In this document: positions 35,020-44,767 of the stretch, in pieces
Numbering within the stretch: the first letter of the stretch is position 1
How the letters are laid out: each line of letters begins with the position of its first letter
Origin: an uncultured Gammaproteobacteria bacterium
GTDB lineage: Bacteria; Patescibacteriota; Microgenomatia; UBA8517
Assembly: GCA_964599625.1 (NCBI GenBank)
Contig: CAZRGC010000005.1
Span: forward strand, 10,462-74,461
Direction of reading: 5' to 3'
DNA: 64,000 nucleotides
The notes under the pieces: generated by a model
What the model was told of the DNA's origin: nothing
The model's database searches: none
Seen by the model: the letters and a program-made list of their open reading frames with translations, nothing else
Made by a program: the position numbers and the translations under genes

Positions 35020-35835
35020 CTAAAACTTGAATTCTTTTAGAAGCTTTTCCTGTCCGTTTTCCAAAATGTATGCACCCACTTCGACATATTTTTCAAGCTT
35101 AGAGCCTTTAATTTTTTCTTTCATAAGATCATCTACTTGGAATATACCGGCAGGATTCACCATTATTATTTTTATCTCCAAAGGAGTTTCCTCGCCTTCT
35201 ATAATCTCCACCTTTTCGATAGCCACATCCGATATGGAGTAAATATTCATTTCCCCACGCTTAAAGGTAATTCTGCTTCTACCTTTACCCATATCAAGCG
35301 CGTCAGCAATCCTCACAATCCCCGCCTCAACCGTAGAGGGCTTTCCATTGGCTCTGTGACTTATTATTGAATGAAGAACTTCAGATAAAACCACCATTTT
35401 TTCTTCTATCGGCAAAAATGAAAGAATTTCTTTGAGCATATCTCTGGCAATAAAAAGGCTGAACCCTTCATGCCCCTCTCTGTGAATACTCATACCCAAG
35501 TCGTGCATAATACATGCCAAAAACACCACCACTTCCGCATAGTCATTAGTAAGACCAAAGTCGTCAACAATCGACATTTTGACACCTTTTTTCTCCAAAA
35601 TTCTAGCCAACTTAAGACCGTTGTTGGCAACAATTTGAAAATGTGTAGGACCGTGATCGCTCATTCCAAGCCTATCAATAGCATTCACATTCATAATTTT
35701 CCAAAGAGTTTTTATTTCTTCGTTTTCGTTAATCCTTCGGACTATTTCTGCCAAAACTTTATTATCACGCACATCAACATTAAGACTAACAAGTCTCAAT
35801 GAATCTTTTGTAATTTTTGTATGACTCTTGTTCAT
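35020..35835 (-). CDS. HD domain phosphohydrolase
   Basis: H..GPTH...IMHDLGM HD motif. Confidence 0.65.
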   Translation of the reverse strand: MNKSHTKITKDSLRLVSLNVDVRDNKVLAEIVRRINENEEIKTLWKIMNVNAIDRLGMSDHGPTHFQIVANNGLKLARILEKKGVKMSIVDDFGLTNDYAEVVVFLACIMHDLGMSIHREGHEGFSLFIARDMLKEILSFLPIEEKMVVLSEVLHSIISHRANGKPSTVEAGIVRIADALDMGKGRSRITFKRGEMNIYSISDVAIEKVEIIEGEETPLEIKIIMVNPAGIFQVDDLMKEKIKGSKLEKYVEVGAYILENGQEKLLKEFKF

Positions 35836-35895
35836 TTATCTGAATTCTAATCTCCCGGAAGTACTCAACGTCTAGAAGACAAGCCTATTATATCA

Positions 35896-36804
35896 TTATT
35901 TGAGGGCCGATTCTGCACTGCCCTTCATGTCTGTCCATGAATACGCACCGTCAAATCGGACTGTGTTGAAGAAAAATCCTGGTGTCCCAGTCACTCCCAA
36001 AGTGGATGCTGAAATGTTCTGTTCGTCTGTCAGCCTTGAGTCATATTTCCCGCTGTCCAAACATTCTTTCATCTTACCTGCATTGGCTACCCCACCGAGA
36101 AAGTTTGCCATATCCTGGGACTTTGTTTTGTCATTTCCTACCACAACTTTTGCAGCAATTCCGTCTGAACCGGCGCCGTTTTGGATAGCATAACCTTTAT
36201 CACTCATCAAAAGATCATGCACTTCCCAGAACTTACCCATGTCATAGGCACAATACATTGCCTTCATTGCCATTTCTCCATTTCCATGTCCCGGAAAGTA
36301 AAGATATGCGAAAGCCGCCTTTTTGGAGTCAACAAGTTTTTTGATCTCTGGTACCGGGGGCTGGTACGAACCACCTTTGCTGGCATACTTAAACTGGGCA
36401 CCAACCTTCTCTGCAAGTTCGGGGTCGTTTCCACCTGCAACGTGACAATATGGACAGGAAGGGTCTGCAATCTCAACAACCATCAATTTACTGTCTTTGT
36501 CACCGAACTTGATTACGTTTTTATCCCAAATACCTTTAACTGCATCAATTTCCACATTTGATGGTTTTGCAGCGGCAGCATTTGCTGCTGTATTTGCCTG
36601 TGCAGCCGAACCACCCTTCTCAAGACTCGAAACCTTCTCCCACAAAACACCAACCATAAAAGACAAAACTATCGAAAAGAAAACCAAAACAGGAACCATC
36701 TTTTCATAAATACTGGGGCCCGAGTAAACTTCTACTTTTCTCTCTTCTACCACCTGAGGTTGACGTTTAACTGTTTTTGTAGCTTTCTTTGCCATCGGAC
36801 ACAT
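35896..36804 (-). CDS. membrane-anchored DsbA-like thiol-disulfide oxidoreductase
   Basis: CPYC active site, N-terminal TM anchor, thioredoxin fold length. Confidence 0.7.
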   Translation of the reverse strand: MCPMAKKATKTVKRQPQVVEERKVEVYSGPSIYEKMVPVLVFFSIVLSFMVGVLWEKVSSLEKGGSAAQANTAANAAAAKPSNVEIDAVKGIWDKNVIKFGDKDSKLMVVEIADPSCPYCHVAGGNDPELAEKVGAQFKYASKGGSYQPPVPEIKKLVDSKKAAFAYLYFPGHGNGEMAMKAMYCAYDMGKFWEVHDLLMSDKGYAIQNGAGSDGIAAKVVVGNDKTKSQDMANFLGGVANAGKMKECLDSGKYDSRLTDEQNISASTLGVTGTPGFFFNTVRFDGAYSWTDMKGSAESALK

Positions 36805-36897
36805 TGTCTTAAAAAATTAAATGGTTGTCAACAACTTAAAGTGTGGAAAAATACCAAGTTATAGGTTAAAATTCACTTTCGCACTTTAAGGAGGCAT

Positions 36898-37710
36898 ATG
36901 CCAACAATTACTTACAACTCATGGACCGAATGGGTTCTGGGCGAATATGTTGCCAAAACAAAAAAGCCGACGGATACCGAAATCGCAACAGTCAGACACC
37001 AGCTCAAAAAGCTTGAGCGGATGGAAGACAAACATTTCACCAAATCCGAAAACGCCGATGACGAAATCAGCGATGCAGAAGAAAAGCTTCGCGAAAAGCT
37101 CTTGGTGCTCGAGTCGGCCAAACGCGGCTACTCAGTTATCAATCTGGGTTTTCTTGGCGAAACTGACGAAAAAGGCTTCCCTTCCTACGCGGCCCACCAG
37201 GTAGATACCTACAGATTCCGAATGGAGATGGAAGCCCGCAACGAAAATCACAATTATCCGGGAAGTATCGGATGGGATAGATCAGATCCCAAAACGCCGG
37301 TACTGGAACGCTCGGATATCGATTTCCAAACAAGCAACTCAAGATATGCCCTTTCCGATGTTTATGCTCCTTCACTCAGAACACTGATGGCTATATCCGC
37401 GGAAAAACATGAATGGGGTTTGGTATTTTTGGAAGCCATCACCAAAGGCATCGCTTTCGGAAATTCAACCAGAACACAGATCAAAAAAGCAGAGCAGTAT
37501 TTTGACACTGTTTTTGTCATATACAACTCTTCCAAAATCTGGAAGCTCAATGAAAGTGTTGAATACTCCCCCAAAGTCGGCCTTGTGTTTGGTGTCAAAA
37601 ACAGCATACCGTTTTATGTTGGTTCTTTTGAGACAGTAAAAACAAGCGACTACATTCAAGCCGAACTCAAAAAACCAGCACCCAAAGTTGTTTCCAAAAA
37701 GTCCAAATAA
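36898..37710 (+). CDS. paralog family B member 1 (270 aa), unknown function
   Basis: C-terminal block FDTVFVIYNSSKIWKLN...VGLVFGV...YVGSFETV aligned with 37809..38513 and 40001..40732. Confidence 0.6.
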   Translation: MPTITYNSWTEWVLGEYVAKTKKPTDTEIATVRHQLKKLERMEDKHFTKSENADDEISDAEEKLREKLLVLESAKRGYSVINLGFLGETDEKGFPSYAAHQVDTYRFRMEMEARNENHNYPGSIGWDRSDPKTPVLERSDIDFQTSNSRYALSDVYAPSLRTLMAISAEKHEWGLVFLEAITKGIAFGNSTRTQIKKAEQYFDTVFVIYNSSKIWKLNESVEYSPKVGLVFGVKNSIPFYVGSFETVKTSDYIQAELKKPAPKVVSKKSK

Positions 37711-37712
37711 GC

Positions 37713-37754
37713 CAGTCCCGGCCGGGTAATAAAAACCTGTCCGGGATTTTTTTG
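37713..37754 (+). terminator. intrinsic terminator (CCCGGCCGGG...CCGGG + TTTTTTTGTG)
   Basis: hairpin + T8 right after stop. Confidence 0.6.
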
Positions 37755-37808
37755 TGATACAATACACATTCTGTCTTATAGTATTCGCACTTTACACAAG
37801 GAGCAGAT

Positions 37809-38513
37809 ATGCTTTTAACAGATGTTCTCCCAAAATACACTGTTATTTTGGACACCCGAGAGGATCATGAGCGAAGACTCAGAATCGAAGCAATTGAGCT
37901 TCGAATCAGAGAGCTCGAAACAGAAAAAAGCCGCCTAATGGGCTTCGAGGGTAAGAGTGGACGCGAAGAAGCAATAAAGCGTCTAACTGCTGACAAAAAG
38001 CACCTCGAGATGGCTCTTGCAGGATACCCGGAACTTTTGTCTCTCGACTTTTTATCGATGACAAGCGGACTACAACGTTTTCCTCAGTTCATGGTACTCA
38101 CCACATCAAGCAATGAGTTCACCATGGAGATCGAAAGACATAGCGTTGGTTTTATGCCGCAGCTTCCGGACGGGATCACCAAGCATTACAAACGAACCAT
38201 TGATCACATAAGGTGGCTTATCACCAAAGACTGGTACCCCTACGCCTCTGTAACACTCAGGGCCAGGTTCGAAGGTGAAATGTCAGACGAGGATCGCGAA
38301 GCGGTTATGAAGGCACAGCAAAGCAGACTTTTTGCAAACCTTTATGTGATCGCGGAAGCGCCTGTGTGGGACGTCAAAAAAGTTGCAAAGGTCAAAAAAG
38401 ACCCTGTGGTGATTGGTTGGGTGTCATCTACCAATCAGGCGTATATCGTCAGGGTTTTTCAGCCCACCGAAAAAGAACATTACGTGCTCACCCAAAACAC
38501 AAAGACAGCTTAA
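37809..38513 (+). CDS. paralog family B member 2 (234 aa), unknown function
   Basis: C-terminal FANLYVIAEAPVWDVKKVAKVKKDPVVIGWVSSTNQAYIVRVFQPTEKEHYVLTQ. Confidence 0.65.
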   Translation: MLLTDVLPKYTVILDTREDHERRLRIEAIELRIRELETEKSRLMGFEGKSGREEAIKRLTADKKHLEMALAGYPELLSLDFLSMTSGLQRFPQFMVLTTSSNEFTMEIERHSVGFMPQLPDGITKHYKRTIDHIRWLITKDWYPYASVTLRARFEGEMSDEDREAVMKAQQSRLFANLYVIAEAPVWDVKKVAKVKKDPVVIGWVSSTNQAYIVRVFQPTEKEHYVLTQNTKTA

Positions 38514-38518
38514 CACTG

Positions 38519-38557
38519 TCGGCCCGACGGAATCAAAAACCGCTCGGGCTTTTTTGT
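38519..38557 (+). terminator. intrinsic terminator (GCCCG...CGGGC + TTTTTTGTG)
   Basis: hairpin + T6. Confidence 0.6.
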
Positions 38558-38579
38558 GCCAATAAAAAATACGTAAGTG

Positions 38580-38999
38580 TTACTGCTGAACTGGAGTTTC
38601 TGCGGGAGGCACTTCCATAGGTGGAACCTGGGGAAGTTCCGAAGGAGACATGGCATCATGTGAATTGACTACAGGAGGTGTATCAGCTGCAGGTGTAGAC
38701 AAGTCCGCAACAGGTGCGGGGGTCTCAGCTTCCGGAACCGATGCTTCTGCCTCGGGTTCTTGTAAAACAGCTTCGTTCTCACCTGCGTAATTAGCCAAAA
38801 TTTCTTTGGCTGCTTCGTATTCCTGCGATTTACCCAACTCCTCTATCACAATAGAAAGCGCTTCAATATTGTTGGGTGTGGGGCTAGCAACAACGTCGTT
38901 TATCAAAGATAACAAGTCTTCTTTGTCGTCGTCGTCAAGATTTGGGTCAGTACTTACCTGATTCAAAAGTTGAGTTAATGTTTTTCCTAGTTCGTCCAT
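38580..38999 (-). CDS. acidic, Pro-rich hypothetical protein (139 aa)
   Basis: ORF; low-complexity C-terminus. Confidence 0.45.
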   Translation of the reverse strand: MDELGKTLTQLLNQVSTDPNLDDDDKEDLLSLINDVVASPTPNNIEALSIVIEELGKSQEYEAAKEILANYAGENEAVLQEPEAEASVPEAETPAPVADLSTPAADTPPVVNSHDAMSPSELPQVPPMEVPPAETPVQQ

Positions 39000-39002
39000 A
39001 GT

Positions 39003-39872
39003 TTATATAACGTTATTGTTTACTCTGTTGTCAAGAGTTTTTGCAGCGTCAGTCGCCAGGTTCTGGGCAACTTCTCCAACGTTACTCCCGTCTGTATTGA
39101 TCTGTGAAGCTGCTGCCTCAGCCATTCCAGGTACCACATTTTGTGCTGCATCAAGTCTACTGGCTGCATCAGCGATTGCGGTTGCGTTTTCGGCCTGTTG
39201 AGTGGCCAAGTCAGATTTCTGTCTGTTAAGTTCAACCGTCCTGGCATTATCCTGATCCTGCAAGCCTTGCTCCAAAGCACCTTTCATTGCAGTAGAACCT
39301 GCCAAAAGTCCATTGGCAAGTGATTTCCAAACATTGGCATTGTGCAATCTTCCTTCAGCACGTCTCGATTTACTTTCAGCATTACTCTTGTTCCAAGCGG
39401 CTCTCATCTTATCAATCCCAGCTACAATGACACTGTCAAACCAGGTGTTTTTGTCCTTAAGATTAACAGTCAAACCTTGTTGTTCAATATAAGCCTTTAT
39501 ATTAGCCGTTTGCTTCTCTGCGGTGATTCTTTTTCCTGCTTTTGCCTGAAGTGCATCAACAGTATTGAGACTCTTTTCTGCTGTTGCTGTTAAATCACCA
39601 GCCTTATCTTCGTTCCCCTTAGCCCACTTCTCCATCCTTCGTGCCTGCTTTTCGGCAATCTTACCCACAAACTTCATTGCCTTTTCCAAAACACCGCCAT
39701 CAGGACTTACTTTTTCAAGTCTCTTGTTAACCGCATCAAGCCGGGCTTTAAGACCTTCTTGTTTAGCGCTGGCATCACCCAAGTCCTGAGCTTCTTTATT
39801 TGCTGCAGGAACCCATGAAGATTCAACCATTCCTCTTCCAAACTCGGCAGTAGAATTGTCAGACATATTCAA
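39003..39872 (-). CDS. Ala/Gln/Lys-rich coiled-coil hypothetical protein (289 aa), GC-richer
   Basis: long predicted helical repeats; 3-nt gap to downstream ORF. Confidence 0.5.
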   Translation of the reverse strand: MNMSDNSTAEFGRGMVESSWVPAANKEAQDLGDASAKQEGLKARLDAVNKRLEKVSPDGGVLEKAMKFVGKIAEKQARRMEKWAKGNEDKAGDLTATAEKSLNTVDALQAKAGKRITAEKQTANIKAYIEQQGLTVNLKDKNTWFDSVIVAGIDKMRAAWNKSNAESKSRRAEGRLHNANVWKSLANGLLAGSTAMKGALEQGLQDQDNARTVELNRQKSDLATQQAENATAIADAASRLDAAQNVVPGMAEAAASQINTDGSNVGEVAQNLATDAAKTLDNRVNNNVI

Positions 39873-40000
39873 TAATTAATAACTCAACCAGTTTAGATTT
39901 TCACAAAGACTATTGTCAATAGGTATTCACTAAAAGTTGTCCAAATTGACTCCCTCTGTATAATATAGCCTCGCACATTTCACTTATCAAAGGAGTCACA

Positions 40001-40732
40001 ATGGAAACGCTTACGTTGGAAAATGACTTTCTCAAGTTGTTTGCACCATATGTGCAAGTAGCTCCCGAGCCGCCGGCCTTACTAAATGAGTTTCAGAAAG
40101 TCTCAGAACAACTTAACGAACTTCAAACAGCAAGAGGAAAGATGTTCCAGTTTGAAGACAAGACAGAGATCGATGCCAAAATTCGTCCGTTTTACCTCAG
40201 ACGAAGAGATCTTCTGTATGCTCAGGAAGGTTACACCGAGAAACTCAGTCCGGATGCCTTTAAGTTACGCCGCCAAGATGGCCTGCCAACATTCATGGTC
40301 ATAAATCTTGACGAAAGAGAGCGCATATTTGGTATTAGGGTAACTGATCCCAACAGCTACAACGTTGTGCCGTGGAGCCTGCCAGATATAATCAAAAATC
40401 AATTTGGTGATGTATCCAAGCTTCTCTATTCCAAAATGCGTTTCTGGCAGTCGGAAATAACAATTCACGCAGAACTTTCCGGTTACATGCCCGATCACGT
40501 TCGCCCGCTTGTACAAAAAGCCAAGGATGCCAAAGTTAGCGGCTCAAAAGCATTTGACAAGATGTTCATCATTGCCGAAGCTCCAGAATGGAAGTTCAAC
40601 CAGATGCCGGTCATCAAAACAGATCCGATCGTTGTTGGGTATGACTACTGGACTCAAAGGTTATACCTAATCACTGTCTACGATCCAACAGATCTGGAAA
40701 CATATCTGGCCGAACAATACACCCATTCATAA
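40001..40732 (+). CDS. paralog family B member 3 (243 aa), unknown function
   Basis: C-terminal FDKMFIIAEAPEWKFNQMPVIKTDPIVVGYDYWTQRLYLITVYDPTDLETYLAEQY. Confidence 0.65.
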   Translation: METLTLENDFLKLFAPYVQVAPEPPALLNEFQKVSEQLNELQTARGKMFQFEDKTEIDAKIRPFYLRRRDLLYAQEGYTEKLSPDAFKLRRQDGLPTFMVINLDERERIFGIRVTDPNSYNVVPWSLPDIIKNQFGDVSKLLYSKMRFWQSEITIHAELSGYMPDHVRPLVQKAKDAKVSGSKAFDKMFIIAEAPEWKFNQMPVIKTDPIVVGYDYWTQRLYLITVYDPTDLETYLAEQYTHS

Positions 40733-40739
40733 CTGCGAC

Positions 40740-40774
40740 CGCCCGCGAAGGCCATCCACTTTGCGGGTTTTTTA
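40740..40774 (+). terminator. intrinsic terminator (CCCGC...GCGGG + TTTTTT)
   Basis: hairpin + T6. Confidence 0.6.
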
Positions 40775-40785
40775 TTGGGGGAAAG

Positions 40786-41745
40786 TCATTTCCCTTCCTG
40801 AAGATACTTAAGAACATCCATTGCAGCCATACAACCAAATGCAGATGCCGTTATTGCTTGTTTATAAAAGTGATCCTCCACATCACCTGCAACATAAATT
40901 CCAGGGACAGAAGTCTTTGTTCTTTCGTGTGCAACAACAAAACCACGCTCATCCAAGTCCACTTTTCCTTTGAATGCCATTGTTTCGGGTTCATGGCCAA
41001 TTGCAACAAATATTCCATCCAAAACAATTTCAGATGTTTCACCATTTTGGGAATCTTTCAAAATTACTTTTTCCAACTTATTCTCCCCCACCACTTCTTG
41101 CACCTCTTTATTCCATAAAACTTTTATCTTTGGATCATTCAGAACTTTTTGCTGCATGGCTTGGCTCGCTTTAAACGAATCTCTTCTGTGTATAACACTT
41201 ACTTCCAGGGCGTATTTAGTCAAAACCAATGCTTCTTCCATTGCGCTGTCTCCACCGCCAACCACAGCTACTTTCTTATCTTTAAAAAAGGGTGCGTCGC
41301 ACGGGGCACAAGAAGAAACCCCCCTGCCAATAAGTTTTTGAATGCCTGGCGCATCCAGCCATTTTGTTCTGGCTCCTGTTGCAATTATTACAGTTTTTGC
41401 TTTATAAATTTTTCCTTCAACACTAATTTCAAAAGGAGACTTTGTTGTATCAATTCCTTCAACATTTTTGCTTACAAATTCTGCTCCAAACATCAAAGCA
41501 TGCTCTCTCATTTTACCCATAAGTTCCGGGCCCAAAATTCCCGGCTGACTTGGGAAATTATCAACATTGGTGGTAAGCATAAGTTGCCCTCCCCAAATTT
41601 CACCACCAAAAACAATAGTAGAGGCGGCACCGCGGGTAGCATAAATTGATGCGGTTAATCCAGCCGGCCCCGAACCTATTACCGCAACATCCCACACCCC
41701 ATATTGGTCGTCTGGTTTTGGTGCAAAAATTTGATGATCTGCCAT
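40786..41745 (-). CDS. trxB: thioredoxin-disulfide reductase
   Basis: FAD motif VAVIGSGPAGLTASIYATRG, redox CAPCDA, NADPH motif VAVVGGGDSAMEEA; ORF extends to 41841 with a possible 32-aa N-terminal extension. Confidence 0.85.
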   Translation of the reverse strand: MADHQIFAPKPDDQYGVWDVAVIGSGPAGLTASIYATRGAASTIVFGGEIWGGQLMLTTNVDNFPSQPGILGPELMGKMREHALMFGAEFVSKNVEGIDTTKSPFEISVEGKIYKAKTVIIATGARTKWLDAPGIQKLIGRGVSSCAPCDAPFFKDKKVAVVGGGDSAMEEALVLTKYALEVSVIHRRDSFKASQAMQQKVLNDPKIKVLWNKEVQEVVGENKLEKVILKDSQNGETSEIVLDGIFVAIGHEPETMAFKGKVDLDERGFVVAHERTKTSVPGIYVAGDVEDHFYKQAITASAFGCMAAMDVLKYLQEGK

Positions 41746-41860
41746 TTTTGTTTTATTAAAACTGAAGAAAGAATCCCAATAAATTGGGATCCCTTCTTCA
41801 TTCGCCTCTGCGAATATTAGTTTCAAAAGTTCCACCTTCAAAGGTAGAACTCACACCGTA

Positions 41861-42145
41861 TTACGCCGCAGGCACTCCTGTTGGAGGCGTTCCTCCCTGA
41901 GGAGCATCTCCTGCTGGTGCATCTACCGGAGCTGCCGGTACCGGCTCAGTTGGAGCTGGTTCTGGCATGGTTGGCATAACTGGCTCAGGTGTAGCAACGG
42001 GAGCTGCCGGCTCTGCCGGTACCCCTGGCATTACGGGAGCAGGTGTTCCTGTAGGAACAGCTGGCTCAGGCATTGCAGACGGAGCTGCTGGTGCGACTAC
42101 ACCAGGATCAGCTGCTGGTTGCGGATTTTGTGCATTAGGATCCAT
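41861..42145 (-). CDS. Pro/Ala-rich low-complexity protein (94 aa) between trxA and trxB
   Basis: strong SD GGAGGTGA 5 nt upstream of ATG; mirror plus-strand Gly/Ala ORF rejected. Confidence 0.5.
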   Translation of the reverse strand: MDPNAQNPQPAADPGVVAPAAPSAMPEPAVPTGTPAPVMPGVPAEPAAPVATPEPVMPTMPEPAPTEPVPAAPVDAPAGDAPQGGTPPTGVPAA

Positions 42146-42197
42146 AAAATATCACCTCCGTCTAAATCAGGCCATTTTCAAGACGTGCGAGTGAGGA

Positions 42198-42518
42198 CTA
42201 TAAACCCTTCTCAATTGTGTCTTTAAAGGCTTGTTTTCCGGAAAAACCCACTTGTCTCGCCACTTCTTTGCCGTCTTTAAACATCACGGTTGTGGGGATT
42301 GAAAAAATACTGTATTTCATAACACTGTCATGATTGGCATCAACATCAATCTTCACTATTTCTGCTTTGTCTTTATATTCTTCAGACAACTCTTCCAAAA
42401 CAGGGGCAGCCATTTGGCAAGGCCCACACCAAGTAGCCCAAAAATCCACCAACACTGGCTTGGAATTTTTCAGGACTGCTTCTTCAAAATCTTTATCTGT
42501 AATAACTTTGGTTGCCAT
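42198..42518 (-). CDS. trxA: thioredoxin
   Basis: WCGPC active site; start at MATKVITDKDF. Confidence 0.85.
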   Translation of the reverse strand: MATKVITDKDFEEAVLKNSKPVLVDFWATWCGPCQMAAPVLEELSEEYKDKAEIVKIDVDANHDSVMKYSIFSIPTTVMFKDGKEVARQVGFSGKQAFKDTIEKGL

Positions 42519-42575
42519 GTTTACAACTACCGTCCCAATATACACGCTTAAATCAATTTGGGTCAATACTAAAAA

Positions 42576-44480
42576 CTAAATTCTTGCCCTACCCAATCTC
42601 AGCGAGTTAAGAACAACCGATATCGAAGATAAACTCATTGCCGCCGCTGCCAACATAGGGTTTAAGTATCCAAGTGCTGCAACAGGAATCAAAACGATGT
42701 TATATCCAAATGCCCAAAAAAGGTTTTGGGTGATTATACCCAAAGTTTTTTTGGACAAATTCAAAAGCGTCAAAACAGTTCTAAAATCTTTATTCATCAA
42801 AGTTATTCCGGCAGATTCAATTGCAATATCTGTTCCACTGCCCATGGCAATGCCAACATCTGAAGATGCCAAAGCCGGAGCGTCGTTAATACCATCTCCA
42901 ACAAAAGCCGCTGAGCCAATTTTTTTAACTTCCAACGCTTTTTCGTTTGGCATCACTTCTGCAACAATGTTGGATATGCCGACTTTTTTAGCCACTGTTT
43001 TGGCATTTTCTTTATTATCCCCGGTTATCATCCATGGAGTCACTCCCCTGCTTTTGATACTTTCCACAACCTCTTTGGCATATTTTCTTGGGTTATCCGC
43101 AACTCTAAAGCTAGCCAAAGTTTTTCCCGCGCTAACAAGGGATATGCCGGTGCTGCCAGTCTTTCCCAAAAAATATTTTTTACCTTTTACGAACCCTTCA
43201 ACACCTAATCCTTCCAGGGCTTTAAACTTTGTCACATTCATTGTTTTCAATTTGAGATCCTTTGCTTTTTGGACGATAGCCAAAGCAATCGGGTGTTCAG
43301 AATTCACTTCCAAAGAAGCGGCTATTGCCAGATATTTTTTATCACCCATATAATCGGTCACAACAGGTCTTCCTTCTGTTAGAGTTCCTGTTTTGTCAAA
43401 AACGATATTTTTAACTTTGTTTAATATCTCCAAAGCCTGAATATCCCTAACCAATATTCCTCGCTTTGCGGCAGTCCCAACAGAAACCAAAATCGCAGTT
43501 GGAGTTGCCAAACCCATGGCACAAGGGCATGCAATAACCAAAACAGCAATTGCATTGGTAAGTCCAAAAAAGAAAAATGTAACCAAAGCTATAAGGAGGA
43601 CTATAGGGATGAAATATGAAGAAACCACATCTACTAGTTTTTGTATCTCGGCCCTACTACCCTGCGCCTCACTTACCATCTTAATTATTTGGGCCAACAC
43701 TGTTTCTTTACCCACCTTTGTTACCTTAAAAGTAAAACTACCGTTTTTGTTTATTGTTCCACCAGTAACCGCATCCCCTTTGTTTTTGTGTACCGGGATT
43801 GCTTCTCCGGTTATCATTGATTCGTCTACAAACGATTCCCCCACGGTAACAACACCGTCTGTTGGTATTTTCTGTCCGGGTTTAATACGTACAACATCCC
43901 CAACTAACAAATTTTGATCAAGCTCTTTTTGAAGTCCCACAAGTTTTTTTATTGCCTCTGAACTTTTTCCTTTGGCATTTAGCTCCAAAAATCTTCCGAG
44001 AAGTATCAAAGCAATAATAGTTACTGATGTTTCATAGTAACCCCCGATTACGGCAGCCGTTGTGCCAATTGCCACCAGACTGTTCATGCCAAAACTAAGG
44101 TTTCTGATGTCTGACCAAAGCGACTGATAAAATTCCAGGCCGATGATTAGTTGTATGGGAAAAGCCAAAAAATAAAAATACTCAGGAAAAAACATCACTA
44201 ATGCCGCGCTTATCAAAGAAATAACAACTTTGATTTTTAGATTTTTGAGTTCCTTTTTCTTTTCCGCTTCAACATCAATGCCAATTTTATATCCCAAACT
44301 CTCAACGGCTTCCTTTATTTTTGCGTCCATTTCCAAAGAAGACTCTACATATGCCGTCTCGTTGCCGTAATTAACACTAGCGGAAGAAACTCCTTCAATA
44401 CGGTTTATTTTCCTTTCTATAAGGTTTGCGCAACTTGCACAGTGCATGCCAACAATCGGATAAGATTTTTTTGTTATCAT
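42576..44480 (-). CDS. copA: copper-translocating P1B-type ATPase
   Basis: N-terminal HMA GMHCASCA, CPC motif ACPCAMGLATP, DKTGTLT phosphorylation site, GDGINDAPAL. Confidence 0.9.
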   Translation of the reverse strand: MITKKSYPIVGMHCASCANLIERKINRIEGVSSASVNYGNETAYVESSLEMDAKIKEAVESLGYKIGIDVEAEKKKELKNLKIKVVISLISAALVMFFPEYFYFLAFPIQLIIGLEFYQSLWSDIRNLSFGMNSLVAIGTTAAVIGGYYETSVTIIALILLGRFLELNAKGKSSEAIKKLVGLQKELDQNLLVGDVVRIKPGQKIPTDGVVTVGESFVDESMITGEAIPVHKNKGDAVTGGTINKNGSFTFKVTKVGKETVLAQIIKMVSEAQGSRAEIQKLVDVVSSYFIPIVLLIALVTFFFFGLTNAIAVLVIACPCAMGLATPTAILVSVGTAAKRGILVRDIQALEILNKVKNIVFDKTGTLTEGRPVVTDYMGDKKYLAIAASLEVNSEHPIALAIVQKAKDLKLKTMNVTKFKALEGLGVEGFVKGKKYFLGKTGSTGISLVSAGKTLASFRVADNPRKYAKEVVESIKSRGVTPWMITGDNKENAKTVAKKVGISNIVAEVMPNEKALEVKKIGSAAFVGDGINDAPALASSDVGIAMGSGTDIAIESAGITLMNKDFRTVLTLLNLSKKTLGIITQNLFWAFGYNIVLIPVAALGYLNPMLAAAAMSLSSISVVLNSLRLGRARI

Positions 44481-44752
44481 TTTTTCTGCAAAACTTCCAT
44501 AATCTCGCTTACAACCTTGTCAGTCTTCCCTTCTTTGATTGAGTCAGCTACGCAACATTTAAGGTGGTTTTCTAATATTTCCTGATCTACTTTTTTGAGT
44601 GCGGCCTGCACAGCCAAAGACTGGTGGACGATATCAATACAATATTCATCGTCAACCACCATTTTTAGAACTTTCTCCAGGTGTCCTTTGGCGATCTGCA
44701 ATCTCCTTACCACTTTATTTTTTTGAGTAACTTGTTCTTTTGACGCTTGCAT
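44477..44752 (-). CDS. csoR: CsoR/RcnR family copper-sensing transcriptional repressor
   Basis: YCIDIVHQ and HLKCC metal-ligand motifs; 91 aa; ATGA overlap with copA start. Confidence 0.8.
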   Translation of the reverse strand: MQASKEQVTQKNKVVRRLQIAKGHLEKVLKMVVDDEYCIDIVHQSLAVQAALKKVDQEILENHLKCCVADSIKEGKTDKVVSEIMEVLQKK

Positions 44753-44767
44753 TTTAGTAGCTAAGTG

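Noticed and set aside
41967-42194. Plus-strand Gly/Ala-rich ORF mirroring the Pro/Ala-rich gene
   Set aside because: Only the minus-strand ORF has a strong SD (GGAGGTGA) and fits the trxA-trxB operon orientation. The plus ORF is its reverse-complement shadow.
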